Below are positions 12,731 through 26,020 of a stretch of 64,000 nucleotides of DNA, in pieces. The translations under genes and the position numbers were made by a program. How positions within the stretch are numbered: the first letter of the stretch is position 1; each line of letters opens with the position of its first letter. The stretch spans positions 90,646,001-90,710,000 of the forward strand of contig OZ076409.1 in the NCBI GenBank assembly GCA_964187785.1, given 5' to 3'. The notes beneath the pieces were generated by a model. That model was not told the origin of the DNA. It was given only the letters and a program-made list of their open reading frames with translations, and searched no databases. This stretch comes from Amphiscolops sp. MND2022 (lineage: Eukaryota).

Positions 12731-15700
12731 TCTGCAAATGGCGTACAGGAAAAAGTTCAAAAGTGCTTTGAGAGTCGTCTTAAAGCTGAAACCGAGCTGA
12801 AGAAGGTTCAAACTGATATTGTAGACGCAGTTGAACATTCAGAGCGCCGTGCTCGCGTAGTGCGACTAGTTGAGTCTTGCGAGACAGCATTGACAAAGGC
12901 CTTCGCTAAAAATGAGAAACTTTTAGAGCTGGCTAAGAAGTCCAATGATCCGACAATGACAACTCTAGATCTGGAGAAATGGTTAGGTGACGTTACTGCG
13001 GAAAATGATGCAATCCTGAAGAAAGCAAGAGACTACATTGATCAATGCCCAGATCAGGACAAAATTTCCCAGAGTTCACATCAGACAACTACGGTCAAGA
13101 GTAAGTCCAGCAAAGGTACCAGCTCCAAAATATCAAAGACTTCTAGTCAACGGCAACGCGATCTCATAATCGCTCAACAACGACGTGAAGAGATTGAGAG
13201 ACAGAACGAAGCCACCCTACGCTTGGCGAAGCAGAAACAACAACTCGAACTTGAACAGCAAGAAATAGAATTGCAGAAATTGCGAAAACAACAGGCTTTG
13301 AGGGTTGAAGAACTAGAAGAAGAAAATCGCCGGAAATTAGCCGAAGCCACCATAGCTGAAATGGAACTCCGAGATGACTTGTCGGATTCTAAGGCTGATT
13401 TTCATGAAAGTTTGTCGCGCTTGGGCGATTCAAGCGAAGGAAAGGAGACAGCGAGGATCAATGACTGGGTCAACAACTCCCCAAGCGGAGCCGAAACTGA
13501 GATGCAGCCCAACATTGGAGCTCAAGCCACAACAGCCCCAATTGACACCCTCGGAGTCCAACCAACACGTCAAAGTCTCCCCGTCGACGTTATTGCCCCT
13601 GCTCCGGTAACAGTTCAACCAAGAATACCGGAAGAGAATCCCACGACGACGACTCAAAGAGCGACTATCCACAACCGAGTTTTGCTGCAGCCACCACCAC
13701 CTGTACTCTTTAACCCATCACTCACAGTGCCAGTGAGCCATGTAGTTCCGAACATGTCTGCCTGGACAATTCCAACTGCAATCAACAACTCTTCCACACA
13801 ATCAAGTCCGCATTTACCGTCAAGCCAACTGATTCAAGTGACAACTACGAATGTAACATCGAATAGTGCTCCGGCTCTGCCAGTGTCAGTCATGCCCGTT
13901 ACATGTAGAGGAACAGTTTATTACGTACCGCCCCCAGTTGTTGCAACACCAGCCGTTGCCGGTACGACGACTCAGCCATCATCTTGGTTGCCAAGTGCGA
14001 GCGCCACTCCATTCGTCCCACCTTCTCTTACCACAGCACCGCCTACGAGCTCTGCGAGTTTGACACTACCTGAAGTCGCACAACTGCTAGCGTCAACTAA
14101 GAAAGATCATCTACCAGAGTGGAAACTGTCACAGTACAGCGGAGATCCGCTTCAATGGCACGAGTGGTTCGGACAGTTCAAGAGCGCTATTGACTCTGCT
14201 CCTCTTTCAGATGACGTTAAGTTGACCTACCTCAAGACGTTGGTTACCGGAAAGGCCAAAGTCGCAATAGCCGAGTTTGCCTACTGCGGGGCTATGTACA
14301 AAGATGCACTCAAAACACTTGAGCGCAAATTTGGACAACCCCAGGAAGTAGTGACTGCATACTTGGATAAGCTCGCGAATGTACTACCGGTGAAAATGCA
14401 CAACAGCGAGAGCATCATAAGCTACTCCGCAACTGTCAGTTCGTTAGTTGGTGTATTCCGATCACTCAACTACAACCAGGACCTGTCAAGTGCTTCACTA
14501 CTCGGTCAAGCAGTTCAGAAGCTCCCGCCTAACATGAAGGAGGCTTGGTCGATGCACACAGTGAAGCGTAGTTTAGATCGACCAACACTAATTGACTTCA
14601 ATGAGTGGTTGAAAGATAAGGCTGATGCTCACGAACGAATGAAGACTGCATCTGGCAAACCAAATTCGGGCGAAAATCCCCAACCAAGTGTCAACAAAAC
14701 CAAGACAACATCGAAAGTCTTCGCGGCAACGGCATCAACGAACCAACAAAGCAACAGTTCAAAACCGAAGTCCGACAAACTGCCAATAAATTGTGCAGCG
14801 TGTAAAGAGAAACACCCGCTGTGGAAATGTCCGGTGTTTGCAAGAAAACTCCCACGGAAAGAGCAAAACTAGTTGCCGACAACAAACTTTGCTTCTCGTG
14901 TTTCAACGCCAATCATTCCTTCCGACAATGCCCGCAACCACGCAAATGTAGTAAAGATGGCTGTGAAAGCACTCACAACACGTTTCTACACGGAGCCGAC
15001 CGGATCTTCCCGAGCAAGAACCAAGTAACGAAGCCACGAAGTCCTGAAACTTCCACCTGCATCGGAACAGCGAAGTTAGGCGACCAAGTCAAAGAAAGCT
15101 CGGGTTTGGCCTCCGTAACCAAAGTTAAAGGGCTTCTTCAGATTACAGAAATTGAATTGCATTCTGCTGATGAGTCGGAGAAAGTCTTAGCCCTCTGCGA
15201 CTCAGCCTGTAGCCATACTTGGATTTCCGCACGCTTGGCTAACAAACTAAAAGTCCAAGGGGTACCGATAAAACTGACTGTTCATGGGATCAACTCCCAG
15301 CAAGTTGTTGATACGCAAATGGTAGAACTCAAGTTGACACCGGTTCATTCGGTTGGCTCTTGTTCTCCCTTTACAATCAAGCCTTACGTGAGGGACAACC
15401 TCAGCGTAGGCACTGATACTATCGATGTGGACCGCATGAAAACCAAGTACCCTCACTTAGAACCAGTACCTTTACACAAGTACAGCTATGCCGACGTTGA
15501 CATGATCCTGGGTCAGGACGTGTTTCACTTTATCCGCCCGCTCGAGTATTTTGATTCCGACTGCAAAAATGCTCCAGTTGCCGTCCGTCTTCCGTTGGGC
15601 TGGGTATTAAGTGGACCTCTTCCAGCGACTTCAGGATTATTCTCAACGTGCTTCAAGGCTGTTACGAGTAACGAAGACGCTGACTCCGAGCTCGTCGACC

Positions 15701-18700
15701 AAATCCGCAGCTGGTATGATATGGAATCATACGGAGCGATGAAACAAGTGGACTCCCGTTCCGCAGCCGACGCGAGAGCGGAGAAGATCCTGGATGAAAC
15801 GACTTGCCACGATGGGACTCGGTATCAAGTGGGTATGCTATGGGCTGACCCTGAAAGTAGCTTGCCGAACAACTACTTTTCGGCTCTTGTTCAGCTGAAA
15901 TCTTTAGAACGCCGTCTAGGGAAAGACGTTGACTTGAGAGAACGATACTCAAAAAATATCCAAGACGACTTTTCGAAAGGTTATATAGTGCGCGTTGACA
16001 AGACTGACTGCTTCTAAGTGAGTAACCCCCGTGAGTGGTATCTCCCGCACCACCCGGTCATCCACCCGAACAAACCAGGTAAAGTTCGACGAGTTTTGAA
16101 TGGCGCGGCCAAGTTTCAAGGCTCCTCCTTGAACAATGCACTTTTAACGGGTCCAGATCTTCTACAAAGCCTCATTCATATCCTGATTCGATTTCGACAA
16201 TACCCGTACGCTGTGTCTGCGGACATTGAAGGAATGTTTCTCCAAGTTGGGGTAATTCCAGACGACAGGCCGTCACTTCGTTTCTTGTGGCGCGAGGATC
16301 CAGCTGCGGAAGTTGCTGTGTTCCAGTAGGTTCGCCATATCTTTGGTTCCAAAGACTCTCCCACCTGTGCAAACTATGCCCTGAGACGAACAGCAACTGA
16401 CAATACATCTCAGTTCCCCGAAGCCGCCCAAAGTGTCATCAACAACTTCTACATGGATGACTACTTAGAATCCAGCCCAACCATTGAAGAAGCTACCCGA
16501 AAAGCTAAAGATCTGATGAAATTGCTTTCACTAGGTGGTTTCAAACTGACAAAGTTCGTCTCAAATGTGCGTACTATTCCGCCACAAGTAGAAACTGACC
16601 CCACAATACCAACTGAGACAAAAGAAATCCCGAGCACTGAAGAATCGTCACATGTTTTGGGATTAAAATGGAACCACAGTAGCGACACCCTTGTAGTCAG
16701 TCGTGGTACGAACGCTGAAATCAAGGCGAAAGTAACTCAAAGAATCGTTTTGAGTTTAGTTCAGTGTACGATCCGATCGGACTTGTCGCGCCGTATACCG
16801 TCAAAGCGCGACTACTGCTAAAAGACATCTGGAGGTTAAGTGGACAACAATGGGATGACGACTTACCGCCGGAGGTTGTATCCAAGTTCCTTGACTGGAG
16901 TGAAGAACTACCAGGTCTTAGCGACATAGTCATTCCACGAGCGTATTTCCAGGGAAAAGTCGAAACTTTGGAACTTCACCTATTTGGCGATAGTTCACAA
17001 GATGTGTTCAGCGCTGTCGCTTTCCTACGTGCCAAGGTTGTCAAGAAAGAAAACCAAGAGCAAACACAACTCGCCTTCGTATTTGGGAAAGCCAGAGTGG
17101 CACCCATGAAAGCCCTGACAATCCCAAAACTTGAACTAGAGGCCTCGTTACTAGCAGCAAGGCTTCGGAAAGAAGTTGAGAAAGCATTGACACTGGAGAT
17201 TAACAAGACTTTCATGTGGTCCGGCAGCACAACTGTCTTGCAGTGGATACATTCTCTGGACAAACAGCCAGTTTTCGTTGCGAACCGCGTGGCGGAGATT
17301 TTGGATCTTACCACGGCCGACGAGTGGAATTACGTTAAATCCAGTGAAAACCCCGCCGATGCAGGCACGCGAGGCCTGTCAGCAAAAACATTGTTAGACA
17401 GCAGTTGGCTCAAAGGACCGGAGTTTCTGAAAACGTCCGACTGGCCATTCAAGCCACCAGAACCTGCAAAATTTAAACTGAAACCTGACATTAACGACAA
17501 GAGTACAGAAAAGCTTTCCCCCAAAGATGAGACTTCTCTCAGTTCCAATGCGGACATCAACTTTCGAGTGGCAAAAGTATAGCTCTTTCGAGAAACTTTT
17601 GCGTATTGTCGCCTACCTGATGCGTCTCATACCAAAAAATGAGGCCTACCGCTCCAAACGGGTACCATCACGGACCCAAGTGAACTTGAGAATGCACAAA
17701 CGAAGCTTTTCTATCTGGTGCAATTAGAATCATTCCCCATAGAAAAAAAGCTACTGCTGAAGAATTCCCCACTCAGTGGTACCTCTAAACTACTACAGTT
17801 CTCCCCTTTCATTGGACCCAAAGGTTTACTTCGAGCAACTGGCAGAACAAAACAACTTGACGTATCTAGTTTTGACGCGAAGCATCCCGTCTTACTGGAC
17901 GGTCGCCATCCAGTTACACGTTTATTCCTGGAACAATTACACCAATCCCATTGTCATCAAGGTGTGGACTACTTGAGGGCGTTGGTGCAGAAACAGTTCG
18001 CCATCGTCAAACTTAGAGCCACCTTGAGGTCAATAGTTCAGAGATGTGTAACTTGTCGCAAACGTCGAGCTGAGACTATCAGTCCGATGATGGCCGACCT
18101 TCCACGAGAAAGACTTGCCTTCAAGGAGCCTCCGTTTACCAACACTGGCGTAGACTACTTTGGTCCATTCTACGTTTCCGTGAAAAGATCGACTGAGAAA
18201 AGATGGGGATTCCTATTTACTTGTTTGACTACACGAGCTGTACATTTCGAAGTTGTGCCCTCCATGGACACTAGCAGCTGCGTAATGGGAATCGAAAGGT
18301 TTACGGCCCGCCGAGGTATCCCATCAGTTTTATGGTCGGACAACGGAACCAACTTCATAGCCAGTGAAAAAGAACTCCTACAGAACATTTCCAGTTGGAA
18401 CCAACACGTCTTGTCTGAAAATCTCGTCAAGAAACGTATTCTCTGGAAGTTTAACCCACCTAGTGCCCCTCACCATGGAGGAATCTGGGAACGACTGGTC
18501 AGAAGTTTCAAACACGTTTTCTACGCTGTTCTTGGGTACAGACGCCTAACTGACGAGATCTTGACAACGTTTTGCCTTGTTGAGCAAAGTCTGAATGCAC
18601 GACCGTTAGTAACAGCTAGCCCTGATGCCACGGATTTGGACGCTCTGACTCCCAACCACTTTTTGCTAGGAACTGCGGGTTCCGTTTTACCATCGCATCA

Positions 18701-19079
18701 GCGTGCTGAAGTTGACCATCGAAAACGTTACGTGCGTGCACAAGCATATTCTGATGCTATATGGGACCGATGGCTGAAAGAATATGTTCCTTCAATTAAT
18801 AGACGTTCGAAATGGTCCAGTCCGTCGGAGAGACAACTTAAGACCGGAGACCTAGTTTGGATCATCGAGCCAACGAGTCCCAGAGGACATTACCTACTAG
18901 CCCGAGTTGTTAAGTTGAACTTCGGCAGTGATGCCGTTGCACGTTCCGCTGAAGTAAAAACCATTACCGGTTGTCTTGTTCGCCCCGTCGTGAAGTTATG
19001 CCCCGTCCTACCAGTACCTGATCCCGAATCCTTTAAGTTATGCCCCGTCCTACCAGAACCCGATCCTGAATTCTTTTAG
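12731..19079 (+). pseudogene. BEL/Pao gag-pol polyprotein, disrupted
   Basis: Gag LPEWKLSQYSGDPLQWHEW, Cys/His knuckles, protease [24 protein letters not shown], RNase H LHLFGDSS, integrase HHCC plus GVDYFGP and SDNGTNF. Stops at 16015 and 16327; frameshifts near 14840, 16760, 17555 and 17660; true start unresolved (in-frame TGA at 12728). Confidence 0.95.
18993..19076 (+). repeat. 42-bp tandem duplication at the integrase C-terminus
   Basis: KLCPVLPVPDPESF / KLCPVLPEPDPEFF, visible at DNA level. Confidence 0.85.
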
Positions 19080-19208
19080 TTTCAATACCCGATTCCAAAA
19101 AAAAAATAACATTTACCATGTACTCTGAATATCTATGTAAACCGTTTTTGCGAATTTGAAACAAAAAGTTTTTGTTTTTCGTTTGAAACAAGAAAATCTT
19201 CATATTCT

Positions 19209-19221
19209 CGGGCCCGGAGGA
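19209..19221 (+). promoter_or_regulatory. polypurine-tract-like plus-strand primer site
   Basis: CGGGCCCGGAGGA immediately before the TG of the 3' LTR. Confidence 0.75.
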
Positions 19222-19470
19222 TGTTGTGTTCACAATATGGACAGATTAAAATTAATCAAAAATTACTTTTTCAAATATTATAACATTAAGTATTGCTATC
19301 TCGAAATCTGATGTCATAGATTGATTATGTAATCTTCATGAGTTTTATTGGGTTTTCTTTAAAAAGTTGCGGGATTCTTCTGATGAGTCATTGTACCCAC
19401 ATATGTTTCCTTCGAGTTTCATTCATTCTTCTTAATTCAAATACAAACTTTAGTCTCCTAAAGTTTTATA
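19222..19470 (+). repeat. 3' LTR of the BEL element
   Basis: 249-bp direct repeat of 10314-10562, followed by TSD TATAC. Confidence 0.95.
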
Positions 19471-19762
19471 TATACGAAGATGCGATTATCATACGAGTTA
19501 TTAGGAGAATCGCTTTTCAGCCATTTTGCATCGATTTTCCCATAACGGACTTGGGAATTTTTGGAAATTATGAAATTTTTGTGATGAATTTCAAATGAAA
19601 TGCATCCTAAAATGGTAATAGACTATACGGGATTCGGGAAGAGGGTTATTGCAATCCCCTCTTTTGAAGCAATTAGCACTTTCCGATAGAAAAATGATCC
19701 AAACAAATGTGCTCCATGCTTTTATACGGTATAAGTGGCCAATTATACGGTTATATACGATA

Positions 19763-20919
19763 TAATTACACTTGCGATAAGCAAGTGTTATGGGAAAGTG
19801 CGGGTGCTTTTTTTCCGCGCGACGACTCTCTCGCTTCAGCCCGCAAGTCGCATAGTTCAGGCGTTGGTGGTCTAGTGGTAAGATGCTTGCTTTTCAACCC
19901 AGAGGGTTCGTGTTGGAACCCGTGAGTATGCGCTAATTTTTTTACAAGTATTCCGAAGCAGAAGGTTCTCACTTTTTAGGCACTGAGACTTCTTTTTTTC
20001 GGCTTTTCGAGACTTTTTTTTCGAAACTTTTTTAAATGTCCTCAAAGGGTCCTCCCTTCAATTTGTTTTGATATTTTGCAACAGAATGATTGTTAAAAAA
20101 TCCCAAAGGGTCCCTTTCAAATTTTTCGGCACTAGGAGACTCCTCCCTTTTTTCGGCTTTGTGAGACTTTTTTTCGAAAATTTTTCAAATGTCCTCAAAG
20201 GGTGCTCCCTTCAATTTGTTTTGATATGTTAAAAAATCCCAAGGGGTCCTTTCTTTCAGATAATTCGGCACTATGAGACTGTTAAAACTCTCATTTTTTT
20301 GTTTTTTTTTCGAAAATTTTTCAAAGACTCCAAAGCTTCCCCTTCAATTTTTTTTGAAATTTTGCAACAGAATGCTTGTTAAAAAGTCTCAAAGGGCCCT
20401 TTTACAGTTTTCGGCTTTGAGAGAAATTTCAAAATGAATAATTTTTGTCTTAAAATTAGGTTTTGTGAGGCCCAGCACGCTATATCCGAATTTTTTTAAA
20501 GACCGGCGTTTTTTTGTATGCTACTTTTTTCTAATTTGTTTTCATCGAAGCCCTCCCTCAATTTTTGTTTAAAATGAAACGTTTTGCGAGCATAAAGGAC
20601 TGCTCAAGGTTTTCGGCACTATGCGACTTACCGGAGACCTTCAAAAAAATTTTCGAAAAATTTCGAATTTTTTTCCTTTTTGTTTTTTTTTAAAAATGTT
20701 TCCGGTTGAGAGAGATTGTTTTTTGCTGTTTCCAGTTGGGGAAGAATGGTTTTCGAGATTTATGCGCATCGCTTCGGGTATTTTTTGGCGCTGTAAAATT
20801 GATGAAATTTTAACAATGTCATTTTACACTTGGTTCATCGTATGATTTTGCTTATTTGGTTTTCAAAAGTTCGCAACCTTCTGCGCAAGTGTTTGCGAAG
20901 CACGGCTTCGCCTCTGTGT
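19763..20919 (+). mobile_element. non-autonomous Helentron-like element, family B, copy 1
   Basis: 5' ACACTTGCG with adjacent inverted copy GCAAGTGT; 3' CGCAAGTGT followed by hairpin GCGAAGC-ACG-GCTTCGC; no TSD; second copy at 41564-42599. Confidence 0.75.
19861..19933 (+). pseudogene. tRNA-Gly(TCC)-derived pseudo-tRNA inside family B element
   Basis: GCGTTGGTGGTCTAGTGGTAAGATGCTTGCTTTTCAA resembles the 5' half of tRNA-Gly(TCC); A box, degenerate B box and a downstream T run; acceptor and anticodon stems pair poorly. Confidence 0.6.
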
Positions 20920-21077
20920 AAACCTTGGGTTATACGATTACACTTTATAAGTGGAACTCAGTATACGACAATACACTGGTGTACTACAAAATTCAAATGA
21001 TTTCCTGTTCTTGGGCCTTCTTTGGCTGAAAAATTTCAATTCAAGTAGCATTTGATGCTTTTCAAAACGGTAGCAGT

Positions 21078-23275
21078 TTTTAGTCAGCGCCTTTTCCCTT
21101 AAGGAAAAAAGCCCGACTATTACAGTGGGTAGTTTTTAGTCGGCGCCTTTTCCTTTGAGGAAAAAAGCCCGACTATTACAGTGGCTAGTTTTTTTTTTCG
21201 TCAGACCACAGAGCTCATCGCGTATGTACCACTTTTTACAGAAACTGATAAGACTACTCAGGCCAATGGAAACTTAGTGCAAAGGGTCCCCCCTTTCATT
21301 TTTTACCTTCCTTACGTAACCTACAAAACCGGAAGAGACCAAAGGGTCCCTGCACTGTGCGAAATTTTTTTTTCGGCACTGTGCGAAATTTTTTTTCGAA
21401 AATTTTTTAAGGTCTCAAAAGAGTCCCCCCTTCGAGTTTTTTGATATTTTGCAACAGAATGTATGTTAATAAATCCCAAAGGGTCCCCCCTTTTCATTTT
21501 TCGGCACTATGCTGCGACATTTTCGAAGTTTTTTTTCAAAAAAATTTTCAAATTTTGTTCCCAGTCGGGAAACAGTGATTTTCCAGTCATATCGAGCATG
21601 AAAGGCACACTTTGGGTGTCTCGAAAGTGTTTTCAAAGCTTTTCATGAATACGTCCTGAGCATATTTAGAAAACTTTGCGCTTCTTGAGCCTTAGATATA
21701 GCGCCGACTTTAGACGTTCCCGTCTTGTTTTTAGTCGGCGCCTTTTCCCTTAAGGAAAAAAGCTCGGCTATTACAGTGGGTAGTTTTTAGTCGGCACTTT
21801 TCTAAGGAAAAGTGCCCGACTCTTACAGTGGCTAGTTTTTTTTTCGTCAGACTACAATCTCACTCTGATTGGGCCACTTTTCTTACAATCGAAACTACTA
21901 AAACTACTAGCATAAGAGGCCAAGTCCGGTCAGCGGAAATTAGTGCAAAAGGCCCCCCTTTCATTTTTTACCTTTTTTACGTAACCTACAAAACCGGAAG
22001 AGACCAAAGGGTCCCCCCTTTCAATTTTTTTTCGGGACTGTGCGAAATTTTTTCGAAAATTTTTTAAGGTCTCAAAAGAGTCCCCCCTTCGAGTTTTTTG
22101 ATATTTTGCAACAAAATGTATGTTAATAAATCCCAAAGGGTCCCCCTTTTCATTTTTCGGCACTATGCGACATTTTCGAAGTTTTTTCAAAAAAAAATTT
22201 TTCAAAAAAATTTTCAAATTTTATTTTGTTCCCAGTCGGGAAACAGTGATTTTCCAGTCATATAGAGCATGAAAGGCACACTTTGGGTGTCTCCAAAGTG
22301 TTTTCAAAGCTTTTCATGAATACGTCCTGAGCATATTTAGAAAACTTTGCGCTTCTTGAGCCTTAGATATAGCGCCGACTTTAGACGTTCCCGTCTTGTT
22401 TTTTCTTTTTCAGCCTACAATCTCACTCTGAATGGTCCACTTTTTACAATTTGTTCATCTGTTCTGTTGTTCATCTTCGACTAAATTTCTGAAGCCGGAG
22501 AGCGGGAGTTCGATTCTCCCACTAAACCATAATATTTTTATGCTTCCAAAAGTACAGCAGGTGAGACCAAAGGGTCCCTCCCCCTTTGGGGTTTTTTCGG
22601 CACTATGCGACTTTTTTTCGAAAATTTTCGGATTCTATCAAAGGGTAACACCTTGCATTTTTTTGAAGTTTTCGGTTTGTAAAAACGTTTAATGAGCCTG
22701 AATGGCCTCTTTTTGAGTTTTTCGGCATTGTGCGACTTTCTAAAAAAATACTTTTTTTCGAAAAAAAATTTTCAAAAATGTTTTAAATAATTTTTCCAAA
22801 TGTTTCCAATAGTTGTTCTTTGAATATTTTCGAGCCTTAGTTATGGCGCCGACTCGAGACGATCCCGTCTTGTTTTCTTTTTCAGCTGACAATCTCACTC
22901 TGAATGGTCCACTTTTCTTACAAATCTTACAATTTCTCAATTTCTTACAATTCTTAGCTTACGAAGTAGTATTTTTATATCATTTATGAAACTCAACGGG
23001 GCCAAAGAGTATTTTCGGCTCTGTGAGACTTTTTTTTCGAAAATTCTTTTTTCACCGAAGGGTCCCACCTTCAATTTTTTGATATTTTTGGACAGAAGGG
23101 ATTTTGAAAAATCCCAAATGGTCCCCCCTTTCAGTTTTTTTCGGCATTGAGACTTTTTTTTCGAAAAAAATTCCATAAAAGGGTCCCCAATTCACCAATA
23201 CTTTGACATTTTGAAGTCCTTTTGGTATTTTTGAGCCTTAGATATGGCGCCGACTTGGGCCGATCCCGGCTTGTT
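21078..23275 (+). mobile_element. head-to-tail array of Helentron-like family A units
   Basis: Units start TTTAGTCGGCGC...GCCCGACT.TTACAGTGG and end TTGAGCCTTAGATAT.GCGCCGACT-hairpin-CTTGTT (ends near 21729, 22400, 22874, 23275). Confidence 0.75.
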
Positions 23276-24599
23276 ACTGATTGAGCAAAGCATCAATACA
23301 GTGTAAGCTGGTTATCACGTCGTTTGGATATAACGTCATGATTTCGACCCGCGGCTCTTTTCTATTCCCCCACCATCGAATTTTTTTGAGAGAAATTTAC
23401 AAAATATTCTAAACTACTAGTTGAATGCGAAGTGAAATTTTTTCCAAAACATGAAATTGGAATAGTTTTTTTGTTTGAACAAAACATTTTTTCACTTATT
23501 TTGACTATGAATATGTTGAAAATTAACTTTTTTTGTGACTCAAAACAGGAAGCTGTTGAAACTTCAACAAGAATGCGTGACTTTTTAACGAAATATAGCG
23601 TGAACAAAGTTTGTATCTAAACTGTCGTCCTGAGAATGAATATAAAAGTAAAGGTTTCTAATTTAGTTCTAAGTCTTTTTAATCTCATATTTTCACAATA
23701 TTTTTTTCAAAAAAAATAGATGTTTGGGGTTTGCGGCTGCGACAGAAAAAAAATCCGACCCGCCATAGGTCATCGCTATATCCGAATTAACCTGGTGTAA
23801 TATCCGCTTACGTGTTTAGATCTATGCGGGAATGAAGCATTGTCTGTACATAGAGAAAGAAGAAATGCGCAAAAGGTGCTTAGAAGACATCGTTGCGTGG
23901 GTGTTGAGTCACATTTGATTACATCACAGCCGGATACATGCAGCTAGTTGTCAGAGGGCGAAGTTGTCTGGGAATTCTCCCACTTCATTTTTCATTGCAG
24001 TTCTATTTCCATTCCCCTCAAAATGCAATTATATCCCGTATGTGATGACGCAAGCCATGTCATTCTCATCCCAACTTTGCTAATATCTTTTCAAGCCCTA
24101 CTTTTCAATGTGTCATTGAGTCAATGAAAGGTTTCACTGAATTTTCCTGGAGCATATAAAATTCTGTCTCTTTTTTTAAAGAGCTTTTCATGACTTCGCT
24201 TACATTTTACCATGTGCAACATAAAAGCTCAAAAAATTCCATTCAAAATTGTCAGGATGAAGTGTCTTTTCTGGATATCAGAGAATTTTTTTCTAAGACC
24301 TTCAATAAAAAATTTTCCAATTGTTTGCGCGTTGTTAGTGTTAATAAACCAAGTTGACTTGGTAAAGCTGTGGACATCAAATCTACTGTTTTAGTTGTTC
24401 ATAACACCTATCAATGTTTATGGAAACATCCTAATTTATGTGTGACATATTTGTGGAAAGTGCCAATGGTAATCAGAGTAATTAGTGGATGGTGCTAATG
24501 AAGCTACATTTCAACGTTTGCGCATTTGTCTTCACCTGTGGAATTTACCTCATCTTAGAAGCAATTGACTGGAAACTTGTGGAATATTTGATAAACAAC

Positions 24600-25270
24600 T
24601 CGGCTCTTTTCTGTTTCACAAAGTCAAATCATAAGTTTTTGAGGAAAGTTTACAGTTATTTTTCAAACTTGCCGAAGTAGAAATGAATATTATTTCCATA
24701 ACAGGAAATTAAATTCTATTGGAATAGCTTTTAGTTTGAACAAAACATTTTTCACTTACTTTGACTGTGATTATGTTGGAATTAACTTTTTTGTGACTCA
24801 AAAATTGAAGCTGTTGAGTTCTAAATCAAAAATGAGTATCTTCATAGTAAAAAATAGTGGGAACAAAGTTCGTATGCTCTTTTTATTCTCCCACAACTTT
24901 ATTTGTTTGGAAAATTAGAGGAAATATAACAAAAAGAATACAAACCAGAAACCTTCAATTTCAAATTTATTTCCAGGGTGACAGTTTATAATCGAGATAC
25001 AAATGTTCACACTAATTTTGCCTATGAAGTGACGCATTCTTGATGAAGAAATAACAACTTCCTGTTTTGAGTCACAAAAAACAGTGAATGTGAGCTTTGA
25101 AAAGTCAAAATAGGTGAAAAATGTTTCGTTCAAACAAACTATTCTGATAGACGTTAACTTCCTGTTATGAAAGGTTTTGCTTTTAATTAGGCTAGTCTGA
25201 AATTTACTCTGAAGTTTACTGTGAAAAATTTTGTGGTGGTGTGGGGGGGTTGGTTACAGAAAAGAGCCAA
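24600..25270. mobile_element. degenerate foldback/MITE-like element with long inverted arms
   Basis: 24735-24870 (TTGAACAAAACATTTTTCACTTA...TGTGACTCAAAA) is the reverse complement of about 25000-25133; GGCTCTTTTCTG / CAGAAAAGAGCC at the ends; a related arm lies at 23352-23660. Confidence 0.6.
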
Positions 25271-25859
25271 AAACTCGGAGCCATGCTAATTAGTGTCTAC
25301 GAAAATATTAAATATGTGATATTTTTCAAACACACTGTACGATTTCATTTGATGTTTTTCGCGGCTGCTTTTGATCAGGTTGATAACTGGAAAAGTTCAC
25401 GCGGCAAATAATTGTGAAACGATTGTTTGGTTAATACTGTACTTTCACCATACTTTTCATTTGGTAACTCACAGATCTGATTTTAATTTTGTAAATTCCC
25501 AAATCGTAATATAAATGTTTCAGTACATATGACGAGGTGATTTTGCCTAAAATTGATTGTTATTTATGATTAATTGAATTCATTTTTATATTCATTTTAA
25601 TTTTGATGAACATTGAAGATGATGTAGGGGACGAGTTCGGAGATATTTGAGTTTTAAGCCGGGCTGGTTGAAACTGGTGGCTCTTTTCTGTCCCCCTACC
25701 ATGCCACTTTTTGGAAAAAAATTAAATTTTCAAATTGGTTTAGACGAACTGTTAAAATTTCCTAAATTATTCTGACATTTGTATATAGAAGCAGGGTTGT
25801 AGTGTTAAAACGGCTTGAATTTTAAAACCTCAAATTTTTTGTTTAAAACGTCGACAGGC

Positions 25860-26020
25860 AATGATGCCTACTCCGTTCTCCAGCCAATATCCGAAGCTTT
25901 GGATTTTACACAATCTGACAAGTGCACAATTGCTGATGCTGTCTCTTCGTGTAAAAAAGTCGTCAAAAAGTTTCGAGACCGTGAAATTGAAGGTAGAGAG
26001 TGGCGGAGAAACGCTACAAT
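25860..26020 (+). pseudogene. possible hAT transposase fragment
   Basis: VLQPISEALDFTQSDKCTIADAV resembles the L.PI..A...LQ....TI.DA helix of hAT transposases; short and isolated. Confidence 0.4.

Larger units (their letters stand above)
10314..19470 (+). mobile_element. full-length BEL/Pao LTR retrotransposon (coding-defective)
   Basis: Two 249-bp LTRs, 5-bp TSD TATAC (10309-10313, 19471-19475), PBS, PPT, and gag-protease-RT-RNaseH-integrase order with BEL-type motifs. Confidence 0.97.

Noticed and set aside
19861..19933. Functional tRNA gene
   Set aside because: Acceptor and anticodon stems do not pair properly, and it lies inside a repeated element.
20621..23176. Numerous Phe/Lys-rich ORFs in repeats (also 33074-37528, 44792-45753, 57142-57402)
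   Set aside because: Chance frames in A/T-run-rich non-coding repeats.
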